This document shows, piece after piece, positions 1 to 9,782 of a stretch of DNA of 27,079 bases. Every line of letters starts with the position of its first letter. Positions within the stretch are counted from its first letter, which is position 1. The notes under the pieces are model-generated. The model was not told the DNA's origin and searched no databases. It worked only from the letters and a program-made list of their open reading frames with translations. Location of the stretch: positions 1 to 27,079 of the forward strand of contig JBNPEG010000035.1 of assembly GCA_051117555.1 (NCBI GenBank), given 5' to 3'. Made by a program: the position numbers and the translations under genes. Origin of the DNA: Elainellaceae cyanobacterium (GTDB taxonomy: Bacteria; Cyanobacteriota; Cyanobacteriia; CAZCXK01).

Positions 1-81
1 TATGGCATCTTTGACGTGAAAACGATGTTTCAGCGACTCTCCCTCGACCTCGATGGGTATGAGAAATTTGGCTTCACCTAG
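1..81 (+). CDS. 3' end of an ORF entering from the left edge (YGIFDVKTMFQRLSLDLDGYEKFGFT*), product unknown; possibly the frameshifted N-terminal part of the downstream protease
   Basis: Frame 1 is open from base 1 to TAG at 79-81. The other two + frames stop within 20 nt. Only 26 codons are visible. Confidence 0.4.
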   Translation, partial: YGIFDVKTMFQRLSLDLDGYEKFGFT

Positions 82-329
82 TATCCACTACATCTAGGGG
101 GTACCACGGGAATTCCGGAAGATCCAATTTTTTTGCCCCGCTGATTCCAACGCTTCCTTCAAAATATTTACTTCAGTCCAATTCCTATCGTCGCCAAATT
201 GAGGATCTATCTGATCAGGACACCTTTGAAGAGGCGATCGCCACCTTAATTCAAACCATAGACCGTCTTCAGACAAATGAATGGCTGAAAAATCAAACTA
301 AAGACCGTCAGCTCGACCATCCTGATCGC

Positions 330-1736
330 GTGTCTAAACTATTTTCTACAGATTCAACTATTGTCGAACCGATTGTTTCAATACTGCTGCGATTAGTCTG
401 TCCGCTAACCTGCTATAAAACTATTTCAGCCGCTTTGAGTGATGGGTTGGCGGTTCTTTCCATCCTTTTACCGGTTAGAGAATCACGATACAATCCGTTA
501 CCCAATCCTGCTGATATTAGAGCCGTTGCAATGTCAACACAAATGCCCAATATTGCATCGCAGTTTAGAAATCTATCGAATTCGGATATCCGGGCGTTGC
601 AGACTATGGCAATTAATGGGTTACAAAAAACTCGCGAAAATTTCCTCAAAGGAGTTGGCTATGTCGTCAGAGACGCAGGCTCTCAATGGACTGACAATTT
701 AGAATCAGTGCTGCTGGTTTATTTCATCGTCAAAACGTTTATTAGGCGCTTTGCGAGCTATCTCCCAGATGATGCGATCGCTGAATTTAATGAATTCAGC
801 AAAACAGAGCTGTTTGAAATTCAAGATCAGGATACTGTGGTTGATCACTGTGATACTGAATTAAGCCTTTTTGCACCCCCACGGCTAACTATTCCCATTA
901 ATGACAACCTTGAAATCTCTAAGATAGGCAAATGCCAGAAGAGATATTTCTTTTTGCCCGGTGTCGTCGATTTAAGCTTTTGGTGTAGCCCTATCGAAGA
1001 TCAAGGGACTATCAAATCATGTGCCGCACTAGCAGGAATTTCTCTCTTAGAATATTTCGCCAAGCGAAGTCATGAAGGCTACACAGATGTTTCAGCACTA
1101 TTCCTCTACAAAGCAGCACGCAATCTCATGCATGTGTCCGGGGATGTGGGTGCATCGCTCCGAGAAACTATGAAAGCAATGACGGTTTTTGGAGTGCCGC
1201 CAGAGCAATACTGGCCCTATGACTGCGATCGCGTAGACGTAGAACCCCCACCTTTCTGCTACGCCTTCGCCCAGAGTTATCAAGCTCTTAAATATTTTCG
1301 CCTAGATTATTCAGGCATTTCAGAAGATAGCCTATTGTTTCAAATTAAAGCTATTTTAGCGTCAGGCTTTCCGTGTATGTTTGGCTTCACCATCTATACG
1401 TCTGCCTATGAAGATATCAATGTTCAACGCGGCATAATCCCTCTACCTGGCTATAACGATCGCGTCTTGGGAGGGCATGCAGTCGTCGCAGTCGGCTATA
1501 GCGACTATGAAACTATCGACAGCTCTGGGGGCGAAACACTCTCTAGAGGTGCTTTCCTGATTCGCAATTCGTGGGGAAAAGGCTGGGGGCGTGAGGGGTA
1601 CGGTTGGCTTCCCTATGATTATGTTTTACACGGGTTGACTGCTGACTGGTGGTCGTTGTTGAAAGCGGAGTGGTTCAAAGATGATAGCTTTGGGCTTGGA
1701 GGTAGAGCGCCAGGCGGACGGTATCCTTTATTTTGA
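330..1736 (+). CDS. Papain-like cysteine protease (peptidase C1A family) with long N-terminal extension; true start uncertain
   Basis: Oxyanion Gln and catalytic Cys (IEDQGTIKSC), catalytic His (GGHAVVAVGY), catalytic Asn (IRNSWGKGWG), and C-terminal GYGWLPYDYV. The frame is also open upstream to position 63. Confidence 0.9.
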   Translation: MSKLFSTDSTIVEPIVSILLRLVCPLTCYKTISAALSDGLAVLSILLPVRESRYNPLPNPADIRAVAMSTQMPNIASQFRNLSNSDIRALQTMAINGLQKTRENFLKGVGYVVRDAGSQWTDNLESVLLVYFIVKTFIRRFASYLPDDAIAEFNEFSKTELFEIQDQDTVVDHCDTELSLFAPPRLTIPINDNLEISKIGKCQKRYFFLPGVVDLSFWCSPIEDQGTIKSCAALAGISLLEYFAKRSHEGYTDVSALFLYKAARNLMHVSGDVGASLRETMKAMTVFGVPPEQYWPYDCDRVDVEPPPFCYAFAQSYQALKYFRLDYSGISEDSLLFQIKAILASGFPCMFGFTIYTSAYEDINVQRGIIPLPGYNDRVLGGHAVVAVGYSDYETIDSSGGETLSRGAFLIRNSWGKGWGREGYGWLPYDYVLHGLTADWWSLLKAEWFKDDSFGLGGRAPGGRYPLF

Positions 1737-1756
1737 ATGAATACTGTTGCCCACAC

Positions 1757-1785
1757 AAAAAAGCCGCTCTCACTGAGAACGGCTT
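1757..1785 (-). terminator. Rho-independent terminator of groESL
   Basis: Minus strand reads AAGCCGTTCTC-agt-GAGAGCGGCTT-TTTT, about 65 nt past the groEL stop and between convergent genes. Confidence 0.85.
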
Positions 1786-1849
1786 AGATATCAAACACTA
1801 ACGAGTATTGACGCAGGGCGATCGCCCTGGGCAGTACCTTCTAATCGCT

Positions 1850-3490
<1,641 letters not shown>

Positions 3491-3642
3491 CTACAGTTTC
3501 AAATTCTGAACGGTAAAGATTGAGTTGCGAAATGATGACGAGATGTGAACGAGACGATTGAGGCACGTTTTGCACGATAGGTGTCTTAAGCAGAGACAAC
3601 CGTGAAAACTGTTCAAATCGTTTCGTTCAGGGTTGTGTAGCC

Positions 3643-3954
3643 TTATACGACAACTGCCAGAATGTCTTTCTCAGACAACAAGACATATTCTTCGCTGCCA
3701 AGTTTGATGTCAGTTCCGGCGTACTTAGAGTAAAGAACTTTATCGCCGATCTTTACTTCCATATCTTGGCGAGAACCATCATCGCTGCGCTTTCCAGGGC
3801 CAACTGCGACGATTTCGCCAACTTGAGGCTTCTCCTTCGCGGTGTCGGGTAGAAGAATGCCGCCTGCGGTTTTCTCTTCGGATGGACTAATTTTGACAAA
3901 AACGCGATCGCCCAACGGTTTAACGGTAGAAACGCTCAGAGATACTGCTGCCAT
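3643..3954 (-). CDS. groES: Co-chaperonin GroES
   Basis: 103 aa with [22 protein letters not shown] and [12 protein letters not shown]; lies directly upstream of groEL. Confidence 0.99.
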   Translation of the reverse strand: MAAVSLSVSTVKPLGDRVFVKISPSEEKTAGGILLPDTAKEKPQVGEIVAVGPGKRSDDGSRQDMEVKIGDKVLYSKYAGTDIKLGSEEYVLLSEKDILAVVV

Positions 3955-4169
3955 AGTGAGTTTCTCCAGACTATGAAAATTAGAGTTCAGGTCAAATTCA
4001 AGAATGACTAGATATACGCTGCAATCGGCCCAGCCTAGACCGCTAGATCAGGCGAGGACTCAGTCCGTAATGCTAGTCGGCATAGACTAACCAGAAGGCT
4101 TCTGCACGATGCAGAAATCTAAGTGCACCGATTAGCGACGTATCTACAGATCTAGTTGAAGTCATCGAG

Positions 4170-4196
4170 TTAGCACTCTCGGCTTCCGAGTGCTAA
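4170..4196. promoter_or_regulatory. CIRCE element (HrcA operator)
   Basis: Perfect consensus TTAGCACTC-tcggcttcc(N9)-GAGTGCTAA upstream of groES. Confidence 0.98.
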
Positions 4197-4224
4197 TTTA
4201 ACGAAATGCTGAATACAATTGCAA
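4195..4224 (-). promoter_or_regulatory. groESL sigma70-type promoter (-35 TTGCAA, -10 TAAATT)
   Basis: On the minus strand TTGCAA (4224-4219), an 18-nt spacer, then TAAATT (4200-4195) overlapping the CIRCE edge. This matches the known cyanobacterial groESL promoter layout. Confidence 0.8.
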
Positions 4225-4235
4225 CTAAATTTTCG

Positions 4236-4251
4236 GTACGGGTTCCCGAAC
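4236..4251 (-). promoter_or_regulatory. K-box (cyanobacterial positive element for heat/light induction of groESL)
   Basis: Minus strand GTTCGG-GAAC-CCGTAC matches consensus GTTCGG-NNAN-CCNNAC, just upstream of the -35. Confidence 0.88.
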
Positions 4252-4439
4252 TTAATGCGCGATCGCCTGAAACCCTATGCAAGCATTCAAAGTAAGCATT
4301 CAAAACTATACAATTATGAGCCGCTTTCTGATTAAGATTTGTGTCGGTTGAGGAGGAGGGACGAGATCGGATGCTAGGTCGCGGCATCGGATTGACCGCC
4401 AGTCTCTAATCTGCGTCCCGTGTAATATCGGCAGGGCGT

Positions 4440-5063
4440 TTAAGGAGACGGGGTCGTTGAGAGCGATCGCAAGGGTTGAATTTCTGCCGGTGTCAGCTCT
4501 CGCCACTGCCCCGGTTCTAAACCATTTATCGTGAGATGAGCCAGCCTAACCCGGATGAGGCGAAGCGTTGGAAACCCCACAGCAGCCGTCATGCGTCGCA
4601 CCTGGCGATTTTTGCCTTCGGTAAGCGTCAGTTCTAACCATGCTGTGGGCACCGATTTTCTAAAGCGAATAGGCGGATTACGAGGTGGCAGAGCTGGTTC
4701 GGGCAGCAGCCGCCTGACCTCAGCAGGGCGCGTCTGATATCCGCGAATCGTGACCCCTCGCTGAAGCTGATCAAGGGCGTGTCGAGTTGGAACCCGCTCA
4801 ACTTGTGCCCAATAGGTTCGAGGATGATGAAAGCGGGGATCACTTAGCTGGTGCTGGATTCGACCATTATTTGTCAGCAAGACCAAGCCTTCACTATCGC
4901 GATCTAATCGCCCAACCGGATACACCTCTTTGATAGGAATAAAGTCTCCTAAGGTGTGCCGATGAACGTCAGATGAAGGACTCGATCCGGGGCGATCGGT
5001 AAACTGAGTCAGCACATTATAAGGCTTATAGAACAAAATAAAGCGATCAAACTGTTGATGCAT
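4440..5063 (-). CDS. rluE: rRNA pseudouridine synthase, RsuA family (RluE-like)
   Basis: Motifs [22 protein letters not shown] (catalytic Asp), RNPPIRFRK and [12 protein letters not shown]. Start moved from TTG 5123 to ATG 5063, next to the conserved N-terminus. Confidence 0.9.
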   Translation of the reverse strand: MHQQFDRFILFYKPYNVLTQFTDRPGSSPSSDVHRHTLGDFIPIKEVYPVGRLDRDSEGLVLLTNNGRIQHQLSDPRFHHPRTYWAQVERVPTRHALDQLQRGVTIRGYQTRPAEVRRLLPEPALPPRNPPIRFRKSVPTAWLELTLTEGKNRQVRRMTAAVGFPTLRLIRVRLAHLTINGLEPGQWRELTPAEIQPLRSLSTTPSP

Positions 5064-5208
5064 TAAATCCAAGAACTGAAATTCGAATCGTGAAATCCAA
5101 TCTGAGAAACTCAATAATTTCAAATTTATTTGAAATAAAAATATGAAACAAATATGTCAACAAAAATCGAATCTCACTCAATAGATTACTGAAGATTACA
5201 AACTATAA

Positions 5209-5445
5209 ATAGCAATCCCAGATGGGGTGTGAGCGGTGGGGCAGGCACTGCCCGCCCCACTGCGTTTAGCGCATGTGTGAGATCCTCCGCTGACGCTGCC
5301 CCCTTTTTAAGGGGGCTATTTACAGGGTGTTGAAGTCCCCCTTTTCAAAGGGGATTTAGGGGGATCTCTAGGGCGTTACGCTAAATACATACGCCTGCCC
5401 GCCCCACCACTCACACCCAATTCACAAGCGATTTAGGATCGCTAA
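5209..5445. mobile_element. MITE-like element, copy 1, interrupted by a nested insertion
   Basis: Imperfect terminal inverted repeats TAGCAATCCCAGAT / ATTTAGGATCGCTA. Both halves match the reverse complement of the intact copy at 19488-19578. Confidence 0.8.
5261..5394. mobile_element. 134-bp palindromic mini-element nested in MITE copy 1
   Basis: Flanked by exact 13-bp direct repeat CTGCCCGCCCCAC (5248-5260, 5395-5407). Contains subterminal inverted pairs TTTAGCG/CGCTAAA and GAGATCC/GGATCTC, and hairpins GCCCCCTTTTTAAGGGGGC and TCCCCCTTTTCAAAGGGGA. Confidence 0.75.
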
Positions 5446-5550
5446 ATATATAAAGATATGTTTCAAATGTCTTAAGAATATATTAGTGAATTTGCTCAAA
5501 TTTATATTGCCCCTTACGCTTTAAAGTCTATAGGGATTGGTAGGACTACT

Positions 5551-5862
5551 ATGGAAAACTTTCAAAAGTATCGCGTTGTTTGCACGCTCTCATTCGGCGA
5601 TATCTACGGTCAAATCATCGTTTGGTTGGGCGTCATTTTTATCACACTGGCGTCTGCATTGGCGCTCATGGGTGCAAGCCGCCCCATCTATGCCCTAGCA
5701 ACAGTTGGGCTAATTCTGGTGTTGTCTCTGCCATTCCTGTTGTTTGCATTTGTGACAACGTTGCTCAATCATATTGAGTTTAGTTCTGTTGATCCAGAGG
5801 CTGAGACATCCCGGCGGTCTCAGGTTGTCCAAGGGCAACGCCCCGCGCAAGCAGCTAGCTAG
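5551..5862 (+). CDS. Small hypothetical membrane protein (two predicted TM helices)
   Basis: 103 aa, preceded by an AGGA RBS, with two hydrophobic segments after CTLSFGDIYGQII and followed by a terminator. Confidence 0.85.
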   Translation: MENFQKYRVVCTLSFGDIYGQIIVWLGVIFITLASALALMGASRPIYALATVGLILVLSLPFLLFAFVTTLLNHIEFSSVDPEAETSRRSQVVQGQRPAQAAS

Positions 5863-5912
5863 TTTGAATCAAGCATTAATGGATGCGCCGAATCTATGCT
5901 GACTAAACTTGT

Positions 5913-5938
5913 ATCCCTGCCCGTCAGCAGGGATTTTT
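5913..5938 (+). terminator. Rho-independent terminator
   Basis: ATCCCTGC-ccgtca-GCAGGGAT-TTTT. Confidence 0.75.
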
Positions 5939-5990
5939 CATTTGAGTCAGGATACAGTGAAAATCAATTTTGTTTACACGTGGATAGAGA

Positions 5991-7718
5991 ATGCTTGAGC
6001 ACGACGTTGTAATTGTTGGAGGGGGGCTTGCGGGTTCGCGAGCCGCCGTTGAAATCGCACGAACTGCTCCTCACTTGAGTGTGGCGGTTGTTGCCAAAAC
6101 CCATCCTATTCGCTCTCATTCAGTAGCAGCCCAAGGAGGGATTGCAGCAACGCTCAAAAATGTCGATGCGGACGATGCTTGGGAAGCCCATGCGTTTGAT
6201 ACGGTCAAAGGCTCCGACTATTTAGCCGATCAGGATGCTGTCGAGATCTTGACCCGTGAGGCTTCCGATGTGGTCATCGATTTAGAGCGCATGGGAGTCT
6301 TGTTTTCCCGTTTGCCCGATGGTCGGATCGCTCAGCGTGCATTTGGCGGGCATTCTCACCGACGTACCTGCTACGCGGCTGATAAAACTGGGCACGCCAT
6401 TCTCCACGAGTTAGTCTGCAATCTGCGGCGTTACGGAGTGCAGATCTATGACGAATGGTATGTAATGCGGCTGATTTTAGAAGACCAGCACGCGAAAGGC
6501 ATCGTCATGTATCACTTGCTAGACGGTGCGGTTGAAATCATCCGGGCGAAGGTCACGATGTTTGCGACGGGTGGGTATGGGCGCGTCTATAACACCACGT
6601 CTAACGACTTTGCGTCGACGGGGGATGGGCTGGCGATGGCAGCTACAGCCGGGGTTCCCCTTGAAGATATGGAGTTTGTGCAGTTTCATCCAACGGGGCT
6701 CTATCCGGTGGGGGTATTAATTTCGGAGGCGGTTCGGGGTGAGGGTGCCTATCTGATCAACAGTGAGGGCGATCGCTTCATGGCAAACTATGCGCCTAAG
6801 CAGATGGAGTTAGCGCCTCGCGATATTACCTCTCGTGCGATTACCCGCGAAATTCGAGCCGGGCGGGGCATCCATTCCGATGGCAGCCCGGGTGGGTCAT
6901 TTGTATATCTCGACTTGCGCCACATGGGAAAAGAAACAATCATGAGCCGCGTCCCATTTTGCTGGGAGGAAGCACATCGCTTGGTCGGGGTGGATGCCGT
7001 TCATGAGCCTATTCCGGTGCGTCCTACCGTTCATTACTCGATGGGCGGAATTCCGGTTAATACCGATGGACAGGTCCGCAGCAGTGATGATGAACTGATC
7101 GACGGATTTTTTGCAGCCGGTGAAAGTGCGTGTGTCTCCGTTCATGGTGCTAATCGGCTCGGCAGCAATTCGCTCTTAGAATGTGTCGTCTTTGGGCGGA
7201 GAACGGGGGCGGCGATCGCCCAATATGTTGAGAAGCGCACCCTTCCCGATATTGACGAATCGCGCTATTTGCAAGACGCTCAACAGCGTATTCAATCGCT
7301 ACTTGATCAGTCTGGAGAGATTCGCATCGACAATGTTCGGCAAGCGTTTCAAGACTGCATGACCCGCCATTGCGGTGTGTTTAGAAGCGATCGCACCATG
7401 CGAGATGGGTTGAGCCAACTGCAAGAAATCCGCAAACAACTCAGTCAAATATATTTAGACGATAAGGGCTCTCTCTGGAATACTGAGCTCATTGAAGCCA
7501 TGGAGCTTCAAAGCCTCATGGTCGTCGGGGAAATCATTATTACGTCTGCTCTCAACCGCCGAGAGAGCCGAGGAGCCCATTGTCGAGAAGATTACCCTGA
7601 GCGAAATGACGCCGACTGTTTGAAGCACACGCTAGCATACTACTCGCCTACAGGCATTGATTTAGCAGATCTCCCCGTTACGATTACGCAATTTGAACCC
7701 AAAGAAAGACGGTATTAG
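5991..7718 (+). CDS. sdhA: Succinate dehydrogenase/fumarate reductase flavoprotein subunit
   Basis: Motifs GGGLAG, covalent-FAD RSHSVAAQGG, QFHPT, SEAVRGEG, HYSMGG, HGANRLGSNSL and RESRGAH. Confidence 0.97.
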   Translation: MLEHDVVIVGGGLAGSRAAVEIARTAPHLSVAVVAKTHPIRSHSVAAQGGIAATLKNVDADDAWEAHAFDTVKGSDYLADQDAVEILTREASDVVIDLERMGVLFSRLPDGRIAQRAFGGHSHRRTCYAADKTGHAILHELVCNLRRYGVQIYDEWYVMRLILEDQHAKGIVMYHLLDGAVEIIRAKVTMFATGGYGRVYNTTSNDFASTGDGLAMAATAGVPLEDMEFVQFHPTGLYPVGVLISEAVRGEGAYLINSEGDRFMANYAPKQMELAPRDITSRAITREIRAGRGIHSDGSPGGSFVYLDLRHMGKETIMSRVPFCWEEAHRLVGVDAVHEPIPVRPTVHYSMGGIPVNTDGQVRSSDDELIDGFFAAGESACVSVHGANRLGSNSLLECVVFGRRTGAAIAQYVEKRTLPDIDESRYLQDAQQRIQSLLDQSGEIRIDNVRQAFQDCMTRHCGVFRSDRTMRDGLSQLQEIRKQLSQIYLDDKGSLWNTELIEAMELQSLMVVGEIIITSALNRRESRGAHCREDYPERNDADCLKHTLAYYSPTGIDLADLPVTITQFEPKERRY

Positions 7719-7743
7719 GCAGGGATGATTTTGTAGGGCATCA

Positions 7744-7796
7744 GATTGGCTGACAAACCTCTCAATGCTGGCGGCTAAAAGATTTGTCAGCCAATC
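7744..7796. terminator. Inverted repeat between convergent sdhA and glk (probable 3'-end/terminator structure)
   Basis: Perfect 14-bp arms GATTGGCTGACAAA / TTTGTCAGCCAATC with a 25-nt loop. No downstream U-tract on either strand. Confidence 0.55.
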
Positions 7797-7806
7797 AAAA
7801 CAGACA

Positions 7807-8859
7807 CTACAACTGTACTGCGTGCAACGCTGCTCCGATCAGCCCAACTTTTGGATTCAGCACAATTTGAACCGGAACATCTTCTAAGAGAGAGCTGACT
7901 CGGCCTTTGTCGGCAAACGCTCGCATAAACCCACCGGATTCAATTAGCTCCAGATTTTTGGCAGCGATGCCGCCTGCAATAAATAGCCCTCCGTAGGGAA
8001 GTAGCTTGAGGGCAAGGTTGCCGGCTTCAGCTCCGTAGGCTTCGGCAAACATATTCATGGTTTGTTCAGAAAGATAGTCGCTGCCGTCTGCGGCAGCTTT
8101 TGAGATCGCGGCTGCAGGGTCAACGGTTTTCTCCTGACCGGTTTGCCGTTCCCACGTCCGAATGACTTCAGCAACATGAGGGGATTCGATCGCCGTTTCG
8201 CGATCGCGCAAGAATTGATAAATCGCGACGATACCTTGCCCAGACACGACTCGCTCGACGGAAATGCGGGTAATTTTGAATTTGTCTAGCAGATAGTTTA
8301 AGAGCTGAAATTCAAGCTGCGATCGCGGTGCAAAGTCAGCATGACCGCCCTCAGACGGGAAGACATTGTATCCACTTCCGTTGGGAATCAAAAATCCTTC
8401 TCCCAGACCTGTCCCTGCCCCAATGACCGCAATGGGCGCATCCGGTCGAGAGGGTGCACTCTGCAATACACGCAGGTCGTCGTCTGCCAGTCCTAAAACT
8501 CCGTAGCCAACGGCTGCGAAATCGTTGATTAGCGCGACGTTGGAGAGATTGAGCTGATCTTTGAGGCGATCGCCATCTAGCCTCCACGAAAGATTTGTCA
8601 AGGATGAGGTATTTTTGACCACTGGCCCAGCGATCGCAAAACATGCACTTTTAGGGTGAGATGAAATCCCAGTTGCATCGGCTGCATCTCTCAAGAAATT
8701 TCGCACGATAGGCGCTAAGTCAGGATAATCGGGACTCGAATATCGTTCTTCATATAAGGTTTTAAGGGCTGCTCCGGCTGCGGTTGAATTTTCCTTGGCA
8801 TCGACCAACCGCAAAATTGTTTTAGTGCCGCCAATATCGCCTGCGAGTAGAAGTGTCAT
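7807..8859 (-). CDS. glk: Glucokinase
   Basis: Motifs LAGDIGGTKT, FAIAGPV, LINDFAAVGYG, GAGTGLG, PSEGGH and VERVVSGQG. Confidence 0.96.
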   Translation of the reverse strand: MTLLLAGDIGGTKTILRLVDAKENSTAAGAALKTLYEERYSSPDYPDLAPIVRNFLRDAADATGISSHPKSACFAIAGPVVKNTSSLTNLSWRLDGDRLKDQLNLSNVALINDFAAVGYGVLGLADDDLRVLQSAPSRPDAPIAVIGAGTGLGEGFLIPNGSGYNVFPSEGGHADFAPRSQLEFQLLNYLLDKFKITRISVERVVSGQGIVAIYQFLRDRETAIESPHVAEVIRTWERQTGQEKTVDPAAAISKAAADGSDYLSEQTMNMFAEAYGAEAGNLALKLLPYGGLFIAGGIAAKNLELIESGGFMRAFADKGRVSSLLEDVPVQIVLNPKVGLIGAALHAVQL

Positions 8860-8989
8860 GGTGATTTGAATATCAATAAAAATTTAGTGAGCTACGCAAT
8901 TTGCTTGCAGCATCTAGATCGATTTAATCTGAGTGCCTCTTCCTAGTCTAAAGAGTCACAGTCGGTTCATTTTTCTTTTCACCAAGTTC

Positions 8990-9631
8990 TTATATCCACC
9001 GGATGGTTTCTTCAGACGTACTTAAATGAGACGTGTCTCCATTTAATTCCATCACCCAGCGATCGCCCTCTTGCACCAGTTTCACAATGCAGCATAACGA
9101 ACTCTGTACGTCAACAGACGGATCGTCTAATAGCCCAATTGCCGCACTCAACACCGATCCGCCATGACCGACAATCAGCAAATCATCTGGATAGTCTTCG
9201 ACAATCTGGCTGACGGCTTGATTGACTCGATGCATGGTGTCGTCCCACGTTTCAGGAAATTGAGGAATTACGCGACTGCGATATCCTAAGTCGATTCTCG
9301 TGAAACGTTCTGCTAAGGTTTCGGGCGACAGCTTCTCTGGATTGCCATGAAACCAGTCTGGATTGAGATGTTCACCAAAACCAGCTTCGAGTTTGATCGG
9401 CAAATCTAGCGCTTCAGCCACATAGTGGGCAGTCTCTACAGTACGCAAAAACGGAGACGCAAAAATGTGGGCAATAGATTCTCGTTTGAGTCGTTGCCCT
9501 AGTTCTATCGCTTGAATGACACCATCGTGAGAAAGTTCTGGATCATAAGGGCGTTCAGACTTTCGTTGCCAGTCTAAGTCGACAAAATCTTGCCGATTTC
9601 CGTGTCGTGCAATCCAAACCGTTTGACCCAT
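8990..9631 (-). CDS. Histidine phosphatase family protein (phosphoglycerate mutase-like)
   Basis: RHG catalytic motif, SPFLRTVETA and LIVGHG. Confidence 0.92.
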   Translation of the reverse strand: MGQTVWIARHGNRQDFVDLDWQRKSERPYDPELSHDGVIQAIELGQRLKRESIAHIFASPFLRTVETAHYVAEALDLPIKLEAGFGEHLNPDWFHGNPEKLSPETLAERFTRIDLGYRSRVIPQFPETWDDTMHRVNQAVSQIVEDYPDDLLIVGHGGSVLSAAIGLLDDPSVDVQSSLCCIVKLVQEGDRWVMELNGDTSHLSTSEETIRWI

Positions 9632-9782
9632 ATCAAATATTGCTGTGGACGTGTTGGAATTCTATCGTTCTGTTCGGAATGACGGAGGCGATTCTTAAAT
9701 CTCACCCACGAAAATCACGAATACATCGAGCTGAGATTCCATCCTAGCGGGCTTCGTTCCCCTCGGAATGACACGTTTGACG

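Noticed and set aside
94..276. 60-aa minus-strand ORF
   Set aside because: TTG start, no recognisable motif, and antisense to the open upstream extension of the protease frame.
1814..1829. 16-bp perfect palindrome CAGGGCGATCGCCCTG
   Set aside because: HIP1 core extended by 4 bp on each side, which is plausible by chance given HIP1 abundance.
5991..7718. sdhA without sdhB/sdhC as an anomaly
   Set aside because: Dispersed sdh genes are normal in cyanobacteria.
9675..9772. CGGAATGAC repeated twice in the intergenic region
   Set aside because: Possibly decayed dispersed-repeat ends, but too short to support a call.
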